Translations under genes and position numbers: made by a program | Shown here: positions 18,985 to 28,907 of the stretch, in pieces | Position numbering within the stretch: the first letter of the stretch is position 1 | How the letters are laid out: each line of letters begins with the position of its first letter | The notes under the pieces: generated by a model | What the model was told of the DNA's origin: nothing | The model's database searches: none | The model's input: only the letters and a program-made list of their open reading frames with translations | NCBI GenBank assembly: GCA_965242505.1 | Contig: OZ251449.1 | Span: 3,598,630-3,662,629, forward strand | Direction of reading: 5' to 3' | From: Alphaproteobacteria bacterium | GTDB taxonomy: Bacteria; Pseudomonadota; Alphaproteobacteria; UBA2966 | Length of the DNA: 64,000 bases

Positions 18985-19560
18985 CCGATCCACCCCCCTC
19001 CCTTCCCCCTCTTCTCCCTCTCCCTTGCAGGGGGAGGGTCGGGGTGGGGGTCGCGCCGGGGGAGGAGCGGCGACGGGGCCGGCGGCCGTGGTCCACCCCC
19101 CTCCCGACCTCCCCCCTGTTAGGGGGGAGGAGTGTAGGTGGTCAGGGGGGAGGAGTACGGATGGTCAGGGGGAGGAGCGTCGACGGCTCCCTCCCGTCCC
19201 CTTTCTTCTCCCTCTCCCTTGCAGGGGGAGGGTCGGGGTGGGGGTCGCGCCGGGGGAGGAGCGTCGACGGGGCCGGCGGCCGCGGTCCACCCCCCTCCCG
19301 ACCTCCCCCCTGTTAGGGGGGAGGAGTGTAGGTGGTCAGGGGGGGAGGAGTACGGATGGTCAGGGGGAGGAGCGTCGACGGCTCCCTCCCGACCCCTTTC
19401 TTCTCCCTCTCCCTTGCAGGGGGAGGGTCGGGGTGGGGGTCGCCGGCGGCGGCCGTGGTCCACCCCCCTCCCGACCTCCCCCCTGTTATGGGGGAGGAGT
19501 ACGGATGGTCAGGGGGAGGGTCGGGGTGGGGGTCCGTGTTCCCGTTCGGTATGATCGCTG
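18985..19560. repeat. array of about three tandem copies of a composite about 190-bp unit built from REP-like hairpin modules
   Basis: Repeated unit contains CTTCTCCCTCTCCCTTGCAGGGGGAGGGTCGGGGTGGGGGTCGCGCC ... CCACCCCCCTCCCGACCTCCCCCCTGTTAGGGGGGAGGAGT; no unique spacers. Confidence 0.8.
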
Positions 19561-19608
19561 AATAGCGCCTTGCCGGGAACAAACAGGGAAACTATATTCG
19601 GGACCGTC

Positions 19609-22419
19609 ATGACCCCGGACGAGTTCATCGCCAAGTGGCGCGCGTCGGAACTGAAGGAGCGCTCGGCCGCGCAGGAGCACTTCATCGACCTGTGCCGGCT
19701 GCTGGACGAGCCGACGCCGGCCGAGGCCGACCCCGCGGGCGAGACCTACTGCTTCGAGCGCGGGGCGCGCAAGGACGCCGGCGGCGACGGCTGGGCCGAC
19801 GTGTGGAAGCGCCACTGCTTCGCCTGGGAGTACAAGGGCCGGCGCGCCGACCTCGACGCCGCCTTCAACCAGCTGCGGCAGTACGCGCTGGCGCTGGAGA
19901 ACCCGCCGCTGCTGATCGTCTCGGACATGGCGCGGTTCCGCATCCGCACCAACTGGACCAACAGCGTGAGCGAAACGCGCGAGTTCGCGCTGGAGGACCT
20001 CGCCGACGCGGCGGTTCGCGAGAAGCTCAAGTGGGCGATGTCGGACCCGGAGCGGCTGCGTCCGGGGGAGAGCCGGCAGGCGCTGACGGAGCGGGCGGCG
20101 TCGGCGTTCGCGGCCCTGGCGCAGTCGTTGCGGGGACGCGGCCACGAGGCGCGCGCGGTGGCGCATTTCGTGAACCGGCTGGTGTTCTGCATGTTCGCGG
20201 AGGACGTGGGGCTGCTGCCCGACAGGATGTTCACGCGGATGCTCGAACACGCGCGGCGGCGGCCCGAAGGCTTCGCGGAGTTGGCGAGCCGCCTGTTCGG
20301 GGCGATGTCCGAAGGCGGCGACGTGGGGTTCGAGACGGTTTCGTGGTTCAACGGCGGCCTGTTCGACGACGACGCGGCGCTGCCGCTGGAGAAGGAGGAG
20401 ATCGAGACGGCGCTCGCGGCGGCGGCGCTGGACTGGTCGGAGATCGACCCGTCGATCCTGGGGACGCTGTTCGAACGCGGGCTGGACCCGGACAAGCGCT
20501 CGCAACTGGGGGCGCACTACACCGACCGCGACAAGATCATGCGGATCGTGGAGCCGGTGATCGTCCGCCCCTGGCTCGCCGAATGGGAGGCGGCGAAGGC
20601 GGAGATCGGGGCGGCGCTGGAGCGGGCGCGGACGCCGCGGCAGGCGGAGCGGAAGCTGCAAGACTTCCTGGGGCGGCTCCGCGCCTTCACGGTGCTGGAC
20701 CCGGCGTGCGGGTCGGGGAACTTCCTCTATCTGGCGCTGCACGCGCTGAAGGACCTGGAGCACCGGGTGCAGCTGGAGGCGGAGGCGCTGGGGCTGCAAC
20801 GGTCGTTCCCCGAGATCGGGCCGGCGAACGTCAAGGGGATCGAGGTCAACGCCTACGCGGCGGAACTGGCGCGGGTGTCGGTGTGGATCGGCGAGATCCA
20901 GTGGATGCGGCGCAACGGGTTCCTCGAGTCGCGCGATCCGATCCTGAAGCCGCTCGACACCATCGAACGCCGCGACGCGATCCTGACGCCGGAGGGCGGG
21001 GAGCCGGACTGGCCGGAGGCCGACGTCGTCATCGGCAACCCGCCGTTCCTGGGTAGTTCACGCATACAGTCGGCGCTGGGGGATGCCTATAAGGAAAATT
21101 TGCATAAGGTCTACAAGAGCCGTGTTCCCGGCGCGGCGGACCTCGTGTGTTACTGGTTCCACAAGGCCGGTGGTTTGGTGGCGCGAGGCGCGATCGCCCG
21201 CGCCGGTCTGGTGGCGACAAACTCGATCCGGGGCGGGCGTAACCGCACCGTGCTCGACCGGATCGTTGAACAGGGCGCCATTTTCGACGCTTGGTCGGAT
21301 GAGCCGTGGGTGGTGGATGGCGCAGCGGTGCGGGTGTCGCTGGTGTGCTTTGCCGGCCGCAGCGAGGCTTCCGAGTATCGTTTGAACGGAATGCTTGCCC
21401 CGGGTATTTCCGCGGACTTGGTGGCTTCTTCATCGCGGGCCTTGGGACGTTCGGCGCGTCGGTTGCGGGCAAACCGAGGGGCCTGCTTCCGGTCAGGGGA
21501 AAAAGGGGGAGCGTTCGATATTTCCGGTCAATTGGCGCGTGAGTGGCTTTGCCTGCCCGCGAACCCGAATGGCAGACCCAATTCCGACGTTCTCCGGCCG
21601 TGGATCAACGGTCTGGACGTAACCCGTCGTCCACTCGATCAATGGATCATCGACTTCGGTTACGAAATGAGCGAAGCCGATGCGGCGCTCTATGAGAAGC
21701 CTTTTGCTCATATCGCAACGCATGTGAAGCCTGCGCGATCACGGAATCGGGTGGGGGCGCTCAAGATGTCCTGGTGGCGGCATCGCCGCTTCGTGGCGGA
21801 GCTCCGTGAGGCTCTGAACGGGTTGACGCGCTACATCGCCACTCCCCGCGTCGCCAAGCATCGGTTGTTCGTCTGGTGCGACGCCCGGATTTCTCCCGAC
21901 TCCGCCTTGACGGTGGTGGCCCGCGACGACGACACGACCTTCGGCATCCTCCACAGCCGCTTTCACGAGGCATGGTCGCTGCGGTTGGGCACTTGGTTGG
22001 GGAAAGGCAACGACCCGCGCTACACCCCCACCACCACTTTCGAGACCTTTCCCTTCCCGGAAGGACTCTCGCCCGATGTTCCCGCCGCCGACTATGCGAA
22101 CGACCCCCGCGCCGCCGCCATCGCCGAGGCCGCCCGTCGTCTGGTGGACTTACGCGACCGCTGGCTGAATCCGCCCGAATGGGTGGAGTGGGTGGACGAA
22201 CCGGTTCCGGGCTACCCCAGGCGCCCCGTCCCCCGCGATGAAGCGGCTGCGAAGGAACTCAGGAAGCGCACCTTGACCAACCTCTACAACGCCCGCCCCC
22301 AATGGCTGGCGGACGCCCACGCCGCCCTCGACGCCGCCGTGGCGGCGGCCTATGGTTGGGATGCGGAAATCGCCGAGGAAGAAGCGCTGCGGGAGCTGCT
22401 GGCGTTGAACTTGAGATAG
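19609..22419 (+). CDS. MmeI-family type IIL restriction-modification enzyme (N-terminal PD-ExK nuclease plus gamma-class N6-adenine methyltransferase plus TRD)
   Basis: N-terminus FIAKWRASELKERSAAQEHFIDLCRLL and (D)...EYK nuclease block match the MmeI architecture; NPPF motif IV; ORF 19570 starts at TTG, and ATG 19609 (MTPDEFIAKW) is the preferred start. Confidence 0.7.
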   Translation: MTPDEFIAKWRASELKERSAAQEHFIDLCRLLDEPTPAEADPAGETYCFERGARKDAGGDGWADVWKRHCFAWEYKGRRADLDAAFNQLRQYALALENPPLLIVSDMARFRIRTNWTNSVSETREFALEDLADAAVREKLKWAMSDPERLRPGESRQALTERAASAFAALAQSLRGRGHEARAVAHFVNRLVFCMFAEDVGLLPDRMFTRMLEHARRRPEGFAELASRLFGAMSEGGDVGFETVSWFNGGLFDDDAALPLEKEEIETALAAAALDWSEIDPSILGTLFERGLDPDKRSQLGAHYTDRDKIMRIVEPVIVRPWLAEWEAAKAEIGAALERARTPRQAERKLQDFLGRLRAFTVLDPACGSGNFLYLALHALKDLEHRVQLEAEALGLQRSFPEIGPANVKGIEVNAYAAELARVSVWIGEIQWMRRNGFLESRDPILKPLDTIERRDAILTPEGGEPDWPEADVVIGNPPFLGSSRIQSALGDAYKENLHKVYKSRVPGAADLVCYWFHKAGGLVARGAIARAGLVATNSIRGGRNRTVLDRIVEQGAIFDAWSDEPWVVDGAAVRVSLVCFAGRSEASEYRLNGMLAPGISADLVASSSRALGRSARRLRANRGACFRSGEKGGAFDISGQLAREWLCLPANPNGRPNSDVLRPWINGLDVTRRPLDQWIIDFGYEMSEADAALYEKPFAHIATHVKPARSRNRVGALKMSWWRHRRFVAELREALNGLTRYIATPRVAKHRLFVWCDARISPDSALTVVARDDDTTFGILHSRFHEAWSLRLGTWLGKGNDPRYTPTTTFETFPFPEGLSPDVPAADYANDPRAAAIAEAARRLVDLRDRWLNPPEWVEWVDEPVPGYPRRPVPRDEAAAKELRKRTLTNLYNARPQWLADAHAALDAAVAAAYGWDAEIAEEEALRELLALNLR

Positions 22420-22449
22420 TGAGACCGTTTGAGAAAGGAGTCGATAACA

Positions 22450-24120
22450 ATGGACAAAGAAAAGAAACGATTTCTGCAACAAGGTAAACTCGATGATCTG
22501 AGACATGATCGCAAGTTGAATGAAATGCTCACGGTATATGAATCCAATATCGGAAAATGGCATAATCATGGAACCTATAGTGTGCTGATCCCAAATCAAA
22601 TAGCCGATCATATTCTTTCCAGTTCTTCTTGGGATTTTCGTCATGGTCAGGGAACTCCGGGAAGGATGATTCGTAATTACGGTCATAACAAATCTGTCAA
22701 ATACCTCCGATACGGTAACGACGATGGTATGGAGCCATTGGTTATTGTTCGACATTTTTCGGGAATCAAAGACGATCATGTGGAGTTAAGTGAAGAATTC
22801 CGTTTGTTGCATAATCTGTATCATGATCGGAAAAAAGATCGATTCATCAAGATCGTTGATGGTGGAGAAGAGCAAGTGGTTGCCTGTGTTAAGCCTGACT
22901 TGATTGAGGTGCGGCTTAAGGAAATTCGACAATTTCTGTCAATAAAAGAAATGTATCTTTCTATGCAATTCGATTATATCGAATACTCCGACTTGTCGCT
23001 CTCTGAAATGAATTTACCTGCAAAAGAAGATGAAGAAAAGAGAGAAGGGGATATGCATTGGTTTTGGAACTGTGGCGAAGATCCTACCAGTACAGATTAC
23101 AAGTCGTTTAGCCGCTTGCTCGGAAAGCGTCTTTATGGTCCTCTGCCCAAATCGAAAAGTGGATTCGATGAGAGTAAGAAAGAATATGAGGAGTTTGTAA
23201 TAGGTATCGATGAAGATGGGAACGAAGTGAAGTTTACGTCGGATCCGGATATGTTGGCCGATTATTTCGGTGCGAACCCAGATGCGCCGAATTATCTTAC
23301 ATCTGTATATTTTAACAAAGAAGTTCTTGATAAATACTATCATCATTCGAGCAGATATACTGTTGAAGATTCTTTGCTTCGATGTGGATCCTTTTGGGTT
23401 CTTTGTATGGACAATCATCATGAAGACAAAGTTTGCGTATGGCTGGGAGACTTAGGGAGGGCCCTTCCGTACAAAGAACAGCTGCACTGGCGGGCGCATA
23501 ATATCATTCCACAAGGTAACATAAGCGAAACCTTTTACCGCAATCAAATTTTGGCAGAACCTATGAATTCAACGAATCCAGAACATGTCTTTCGGAGACA
23601 CTTTCATGATCTCCATGGTTTATGCCAGACTCGACTTGGATGGCCTATCTTCCTTCAGCTGGAACCTGAAGATCGACATCACTTGACGACGATGAGAGTT
23701 CCATCATCCAACGAACAAAGGGAATTCGATGAACTGATCCTCGGACTCACAAAGATACTTATAGATTCTTTGAATGTAAAAGGACTGAGAGGGATTGCGC
23801 CAAACAGAGGAAGGAACAAAAATCCCGGCAGCATCGACACGCTGCAAGAAGCACTGGATGCCATTGGTGTAACAGATTATGATGAACATGTGTCATTTTT
23901 GCGGGATCTTCAAAACCTGAGATCGTCGGGATCGGCGCATAGAAAGGGAAAGAGGTATAGCATGATTTCTGAAAAATTTGGTATGACCGAACACCATCGT
24001 CAGGATGTTTTCAAGACGATACTTGGAAAATCCTGTGATTTTTTGAGTTATTTGATCTGTCTTGTCGAAAGTGGCCGTATCGGCAACAACGATAGCTCCG
24101 GGTCCGCGTCTAGCGCTTGA
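22450..24120 (+). CDS. hypothetical protein, 556 aa, strongly AT-rich ORFan directly downstream of MmeI-like gene
   Basis: ATG 22450 with a consensus AAAGGAG RBS 9 nt upstream; about 38% GC against about 70% in flanks; no recognisable domain. Confidence 0.6.
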   Translation: MDKEKKRFLQQGKLDDLRHDRKLNEMLTVYESNIGKWHNHGTYSVLIPNQIADHILSSSSWDFRHGQGTPGRMIRNYGHNKSVKYLRYGNDDGMEPLVIVRHFSGIKDDHVELSEEFRLLHNLYHDRKKDRFIKIVDGGEEQVVACVKPDLIEVRLKEIRQFLSIKEMYLSMQFDYIEYSDLSLSEMNLPAKEDEEKREGDMHWFWNCGEDPTSTDYKSFSRLLGKRLYGPLPKSKSGFDESKKEYEEFVIGIDEDGNEVKFTSDPDMLADYFGANPDAPNYLTSVYFNKEVLDKYYHHSSRYTVEDSLLRCGSFWVLCMDNHHEDKVCVWLGDLGRALPYKEQLHWRAHNIIPQGNISETFYRNQILAEPMNSTNPEHVFRRHFHDLHGLCQTRLGWPIFLQLEPEDRHHLTTMRVPSSNEQREFDELILGLTKILIDSLNVKGLRGIAPNRGRNKNPGSIDTLQEALDAIGVTDYDEHVSFLRDLQNLRSSGSAHRKGKRYSMISEKFGMTEHHRQDVFKTILGKSCDFLSYLICLVESGRIGNNDSSGSASSA

Positions 24121-24299
24121 AGTGGATGGCTGAGAGATCGGGGAACCTACGAGCGTCGCCTCCCTGTCACGTCCCCCGCTCGCGGTGGACGGACAGGTTC
24201 ATGCGCGTCGACAACGTCGTCCGCGCCTTGCGCGGGGTGCGGCCCGGACCATGACGAGGCGGCTCCTGGAACGAGCGATCCCGACCGGCGGCGCGTCCG

Positions 24300-24445
24300 G
24301 ACCCCCCTCCCGACCTCCCCCCTGTCAGGGGGGAGGAGAAGAAGGGGTACAGGGGGAGGAGTATTTAGTGGTCAGGGGGGAAGGGGTGTCGTCGGCCCCT
24401 CCGTCCCCCCTCTTCTCCCTTCCCCTTGCAGGGGAGAGGAGCGCC
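24300..24445. repeat. REP-like palindromic element cluster
   Basis: Same family modules. Confidence 0.8.
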
Positions 24446-24468
24446 AAGGGACCCTGCGGCGGCCTGCG

Positions 24469-25305
24469 TCAGTTCAGCAGGGCCGCGTACTCGTCGAGCT
24501 TCTTCAGCGCCTCGTCGCGCGCGGAGGACGGCATCTCCAGCAGGACGCGGGTGGCGCCGGCCGCCTCGTAGGCCTCGACCGTCTCCCGGTCGGGCGTAGG
24601 GCGGAACACCGTGACGGAAAGGGTCGACATGTCGCGGCCGGCCTCGTCGGCCACGGCCCCGAGCTTGGCCATCGTCTCCTCGGGCGTCCCGGCGGGGGCG
24701 GCCCGCGGCAGCCAGCCGTCGCAGAACTCCACGACGCGGCGGAGCGTGTGGACCGACTCGCCGCCGAGGATGATCGGCGGATGCGGCTTCTGCGCGGGCT
24801 TGGGATAGCACCACGACGGCTCGACGTCGACGTAGTCGCCATGGAACGAGGCCTCCTCCTCGGTCCACAGGGCCTTCATGGCGAGCAGGCGCTCGCGCAG
24901 CAGCTTGAACCGCGTCCGGGGGTCGGTGCCGTGGTTCTCCATCTCCTCGAGGTTCCAGCCGCCGCCGGCGCCGAGGATGAACCGGCCGCCGGACAGCGCG
25001 TCGAGGCTGGCGACGGCCTTGGCCGTGACGATGGGGTCGCGCTGGATGATGAGGCAGATCCCGGTGCCGAGCTTCAGGGTGCTGGTGGCGGACGCCGCGA
25101 ACGAGAGCGCCACGAACGGATCGTGCGTGCGGACGTAGCGCCGGGGCAGCTCGCCGCCGCCGGGAAACGGCGACCTGCGGCTGGTCGGGATGTGCGTGTG
25201 TTCGCACAGGAACAACGATTCGAAGCCGCGGGCCTCGAGCTCCCTGGCGAGCTCGGGAACCTCGATCGCGTAGTCGGTGGGAAAGAAGAAAACGCCCTTG
25301 TGCAT
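24469..25305 (-). CDS. LLM-class F420/flavin-dependent oxidoreductase (luciferase-like)
   Basis: Start MHKGVFFFPTDY (ATG 25305) after a GGAGGA RBS; luciferase-like TIM-barrel family. Confidence 0.65.
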   Translation of the reverse strand: MHKGVFFFPTDYAIEVPELARELEARGFESLFLCEHTHIPTSRRSPFPGGGELPRRYVRTHDPFVALSFAASATSTLKLGTGICLIIQRDPIVTAKAVASLDALSGGRFILGAGGGWNLEEMENHGTDPRTRFKLLRERLLAMKALWTEEEASFHGDYVDVEPSWCYPKPAQKPHPPIILGGESVHTLRRVVEFCDGWLPRAAPAGTPEETMAKLGAVADEAGRDMSTLSVTVFRPTPDRETVEAYEAAGATRVLLEMPSSARDEALKKLDEYAALLN

Positions 25306-25426
25306 GCCTGATCCTCCAAGCGTTCGGGAAGCCGGCGCGCCGGTGGGCCGCGCCGCGGCCGCCATTTAATCGGGCGCGGCGGGCGGAGTCCACGAACCGG
25401 CGGCGGTGGCGCGCCCGGCCTCCTCC

Positions 25427-25735
<309 letters not shown>

Positions 25736-25779
25736 CCTGCGGCGCCGTCGTCGGCGTTCGCCATGTTTCGATGAAAAAT

Positions 25780-25895
25780 AATCGATATGAGAAATATATG
25801 TTGCATTATTCGCCCGTTTGTGTCATATATCCATCCGATCACGGATAAGGAACGCCGCGGTCGCGGGCGGCGGCCCGGCCATCACGGGCGTTCGG
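25780..25895 (+). promoter_or_regulatory. AT-rich promoter-like region upstream of terminase-like gene
   Basis: Local AT-rich stretch with TTGCAT and TGTGTCATATAT elements in an otherwise 70% GC context. Confidence 0.35.
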
Positions 25896-27422
25896 ATGAC
25901 GGGACAGGACCTCCTCGCCGTGTTGCCGAAGGAAGCGGCGTCGCGAGACTGGCGGCTCGGCAACCTCTACTCGATCGTCGACGCGCGCGGGGAGCGGGTC
26001 CGCTTCGCGCCCAACGACGTCCAGGCCGGGCTGCTGCGGGAGCTGCACACCTGCAACGTCATCCTCAAGGCGCGGCAGCTCGGGTTCACCACGTTGATCC
26101 AGCTGTTCATGCTGGACATGTGCCTGTTCGGCGACAACGTGCGCGCCGGCACGATCGCGCACACGCTGGGGGACGCCGAGCGGATCTTCCGGGACAAGAT
26201 CAGGTTCCCCTACGACTGCCTGCCGCCCGAGGTGAAGGAGCGCGCGCCCGCGGTCCAGAACTCCGCGCGGACGCTGACCCTCGCCAACAACTCGTCGCTC
26301 CGGGTGGGGACCAGCCTGCGTTCGGGCACGTTCCAGGTCCTCCACGTATCGGAGTTCGGGCGCATCGCGGCGCGGCGGCCGGACCAGGCGCGCGAGATCA
26401 GGACCGGCGCCCTCAACACCGTGCAGGCCGGCCAGCGCGTCTTCATCGAGTCGACGGCCGAGGGCCGCGGCGGCGCGTTCCACGACCTCTGCAAGCAGGC
26501 CGAGGCGCTGGCCGAGACCGGACGGCCCCTGTCGCCGCTCGACTTCAAGTTCCACTTCCATCCCTGGCACAGCGACCCGAAGCACCGCCTCGACCCCGAG
26601 GGAATCGCGCTGAGCGACGAGGACCGCGCCTATTTCGCCAGGATCGAGGCCGAGACCGGCGCCGTCCTCGACGCGGGCCAGCGCGCCTGGTACGCGCGCA
26701 AGGCGGCCGTCCAGGGCGAGGACATGCTCCGGGAGTATCCGTCGACGCCCGGCGAGGCCTTCGCCGGCGCCGTCGAGGGCGCCTATTTCGGGAAGGAGCT
26801 GTCGCGGGCGCGGCGCGAGGCCCGCGTCCGCCATGTGCCCGTCGAGCCCGCGCTTCCCGTCAACACCTTCTGGGACCTCGGCGTCGACGACGAGACGGCG
26901 ATCTGGTTCCACCAGCAGGCGGGCCCCGAGCACCGGTTCGTCGACTACTACGAGAACTCCGGCGAAGGGCTGGACCACTACGTCCGGGTGCTCCGCGACA
27001 AGGCGGCCGCGCGGGGCTTCGTCTACGGCGCCCACTTCCTGCCCCACGACGTGCAGGTCACCTCGTTGTCGACGGGCAGGACGCGACTCGACACCCTGAA
27101 GGGGCTCGGCGTGGCGCCGGCGCGCGTCGTGCCCAGGACCGGCAACGTGGCCGAGGACATCCAGGCCGCGCGCAACGCCGTCGCCGCGTGCTGGTTCGAC
27201 GAGACCCGCTGCGCCAGGGGCCTGAAGGCGCTGGAGAGTTATCGCAAGGAGTGGGACGACAGGCTGGGGACGTTCAGGAACCGTCCCCGGCACGACTGGG
27301 CGAGTCACGGGGCGGACGCCTTCCGCTGCTTCGCGGTGGGATACCGCGCGACCGAGGGAGGCGGGAGCCGCCGCCGCGCCGCCGCCGCCGCGACGGAGAC
27401 GATGGACAGCCCGTGGGGCTGA
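25896..27422 (+). CDS. phage terminase large-subunit-like protein (lone)
   Basis: 508 aa from ATG 25896; terminase-like N-terminal ATPase region (VILKARQLGFTTL) and C-terminal nuclease-like block (HDWASHGADAFR); no other phage structural genes nearby. Confidence 0.45.
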   Translation: MTGQDLLAVLPKEAASRDWRLGNLYSIVDARGERVRFAPNDVQAGLLRELHTCNVILKARQLGFTTLIQLFMLDMCLFGDNVRAGTIAHTLGDAERIFRDKIRFPYDCLPPEVKERAPAVQNSARTLTLANNSSLRVGTSLRSGTFQVLHVSEFGRIAARRPDQAREIRTGALNTVQAGQRVFIESTAEGRGGAFHDLCKQAEALAETGRPLSPLDFKFHFHPWHSDPKHRLDPEGIALSDEDRAYFARIEAETGAVLDAGQRAWYARKAAVQGEDMLREYPSTPGEAFAGAVEGAYFGKELSRARREARVRHVPVEPALPVNTFWDLGVDDETAIWFHQQAGPEHRFVDYYENSGEGLDHYVRVLRDKAAARGFVYGAHFLPHDVQVTSLSTGRTRLDTLKGLGVAPARVVPRTGNVAEDIQAARNAVAACWFDETRCARGLKALESYRKEWDDRLGTFRNRPRHDWASHGADAFRCFAVGYRATEGGGSRRRAAAAATETMDSPWG

Positions 27423-27563
27423 TCCGTTTCTCCCGGCGTTATCATCGGCGGCGATTCGCGTTATCCTGATCCGTCGGGGGAAACGCCATGGCCGGCGTCG
27501 GCGCCCCGGTCCGCGGAGCCTCCGGACTCCGGCGTCCGCGGGCGGATCGAAGGGAGGAACGGC

Positions 27564-28286
27564 ATGCGTCCATCCGGTCGCCGCGCGGACGAGCTTCGGG
27601 ACGTGGCGCTCGAGCCCGGGTTCGCCATGCACGCCGAAGGGTCGTGCATGGCGCGCTTCGGCGACACCCACGTCCTGTGTACGGCCAGCGTCGACGAACG
27701 CGTACCGCCCTGGTTGCGCAACACGGGCCGCGGCTGGGTCACGGCCGAATACGGGATGCTGCCGCGCTCGACCCACGAGCGCACGGACCGCGAGGCCGCG
27801 CGCGGCCGCCAGGGCGGGCGCACCCTCGAAATCCAGAGGTTGATCGGCCGCAGTCTGCGGGCGGTGTGCGACCTGACCGCCTTCGGCGAGCGCCAGATCA
27901 GGGTGGACTGCGACGTCATCCAGGCCGACGGCGGGACGCGCACCGCCGCGATCACCGGGGGGTTCGTGGCCCTCCACGGGGCGTTCGCGCGGATGAAGGC
28001 CGCCGGGGTCGCGCGGGCCGATCCGCTGTCCGACCACGTCGCCGCCGTGAGCTGCGGCATCGTCCAGGGGACGCCGGTCCTCGACCTCGACTACGCGGAG
28101 GACTCGAGCGCGGACGCCGACGCCAACTTCGTGTTCACGGGCGCGGGCGCCATCGTGGAGGCGCAGGGTACGGCGGAGAAGGCCCCGTTCTCCGAGCGGC
28201 GGTTCCTCGAACTCCTCGCCCTGGCGCGCGGCGGCTGCGAGCGGCTGGTGGCGCTGCAACGCGCCGCGCTCCGCGAGGGCGCCTGA
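27564..28286 (+). CDS. rph: ribonuclease PH
   Basis: 240-aa ORF with strong RNase PH family similarity ([12 protein letters not shown] ... TGGFVAL). Confidence 0.9.
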   Translation: MRPSGRRADELRDVALEPGFAMHAEGSCMARFGDTHVLCTASVDERVPPWLRNTGRGWVTAEYGMLPRSTHERTDREAARGRQGGRTLEIQRLIGRSLRAVCDLTAFGERQIRVDCDVIQADGGTRTAAITGGFVALHGAFARMKAAGVARADPLSDHVAAVSCGIVQGTPVLDLDYAEDSSADADANFVFTGAGAIVEAQGTAEKAPFSERRFLELLALARGGCERLVALQRAALREGA

Positions 28287-28301
28287 CGCCGGGCCGGGAA
28301 C

Positions 28302-28907
28302 TTGGCGCGGACGTTTCGCGGGAGGCGGCTGGCGATCGCGAGCCACAACGCGGGCAAGGCGCGCGAGATCGCCGATCTGCTCCGCCCCTTCGGCGTGGAC
28401 GCCGCGCACGCGGCCGCCCTCGGCCTGGACGAGCCGGAAGAGGACGGCGACTCCTTCGCCGAGAACGCCCGCATCAAGGCCGCCGCGGCGGCGGCCGCGG
28501 CGGGGATGCCGGCGCTCGCCGACGATTCCGGGCTGGTCGTCCGCGCGTTGAACGGCGAACCCGGGATCCGTTCGGCGCGGTGGGCGGGACCCGACAGGGA
28601 CTTCTCCCGGGCGATGGCCGAGGTGGAGCGCCGGCTGGCGCGGACGGGCGGGGACGACCGCGCGGCGCGTTTCGTGTCGGCGCTCTGCCTCGCCTGGCCG
28701 GACGGCCACGCCGAGACGTTCGTCGGGCGCGTCGACGGCCGCCTCGTCTGGCCGCCGCGCGGGGACAAGGGGTTCGGCTACGACCCCATGTTCGCGGCCG
28801 ACGGACGCCGGACGACGTTCGGCGAGATGGACCCCGCCGACAAACACGCCATCAGCCACCGCGCCGACGCCTTCCGCAAGCTCGTCGATGCCTGCTTCGG
28901 CCGCTGA
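28302..28907 (+). CDS. rdgB: RdgB/HAM1-family non-canonical purine NTP pyrophosphatase
   Basis: [13 protein letters not shown]-terminal motif and KGFGYDPMF motif; non-ATG start, exact start uncertain. Confidence 0.8.
   Translation: MARTFRGRRLAIASHNAGKAREIADLLRPFGVDAAHAAALGLDEPEEDGDSFAENARIKAAAAAAAAGMPALADDSGLVVRALNGEPGIRSARWAGPDRDFSRAMAEVERRLARTGGDDRAARFVSALCLAWPDGHAETFVGRVDGRLVWPPRGDKGFGYDPMFAADGRRTTFGEMDPADKHAISHRADAFRKLVDACFGR

Noticed and set aside
18985-19560. Possible CRISPR array (regularly spaced repeats)
   Set aside because: Units are about 190 bp and composed entirely of REP-family palindromic modules with no unique spacers. The same modules occur singly all over the window, and there are no cas genes.
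22150-22779. 209-aa minus-strand ORF spanning the MmeI-like gene end and the AT-rich ORFan start
   Set aside because: It overlaps two well-supported plus-strand genes and switches composition midway, so it is an antisense artefact.
28888-28907. 20-nt overlap between rdgB end and hemW start as a programmed frameshift or fusion
   Set aside because: Such overlaps are common in this operon, and ambiguity over the real start of either gene explains it more simply.
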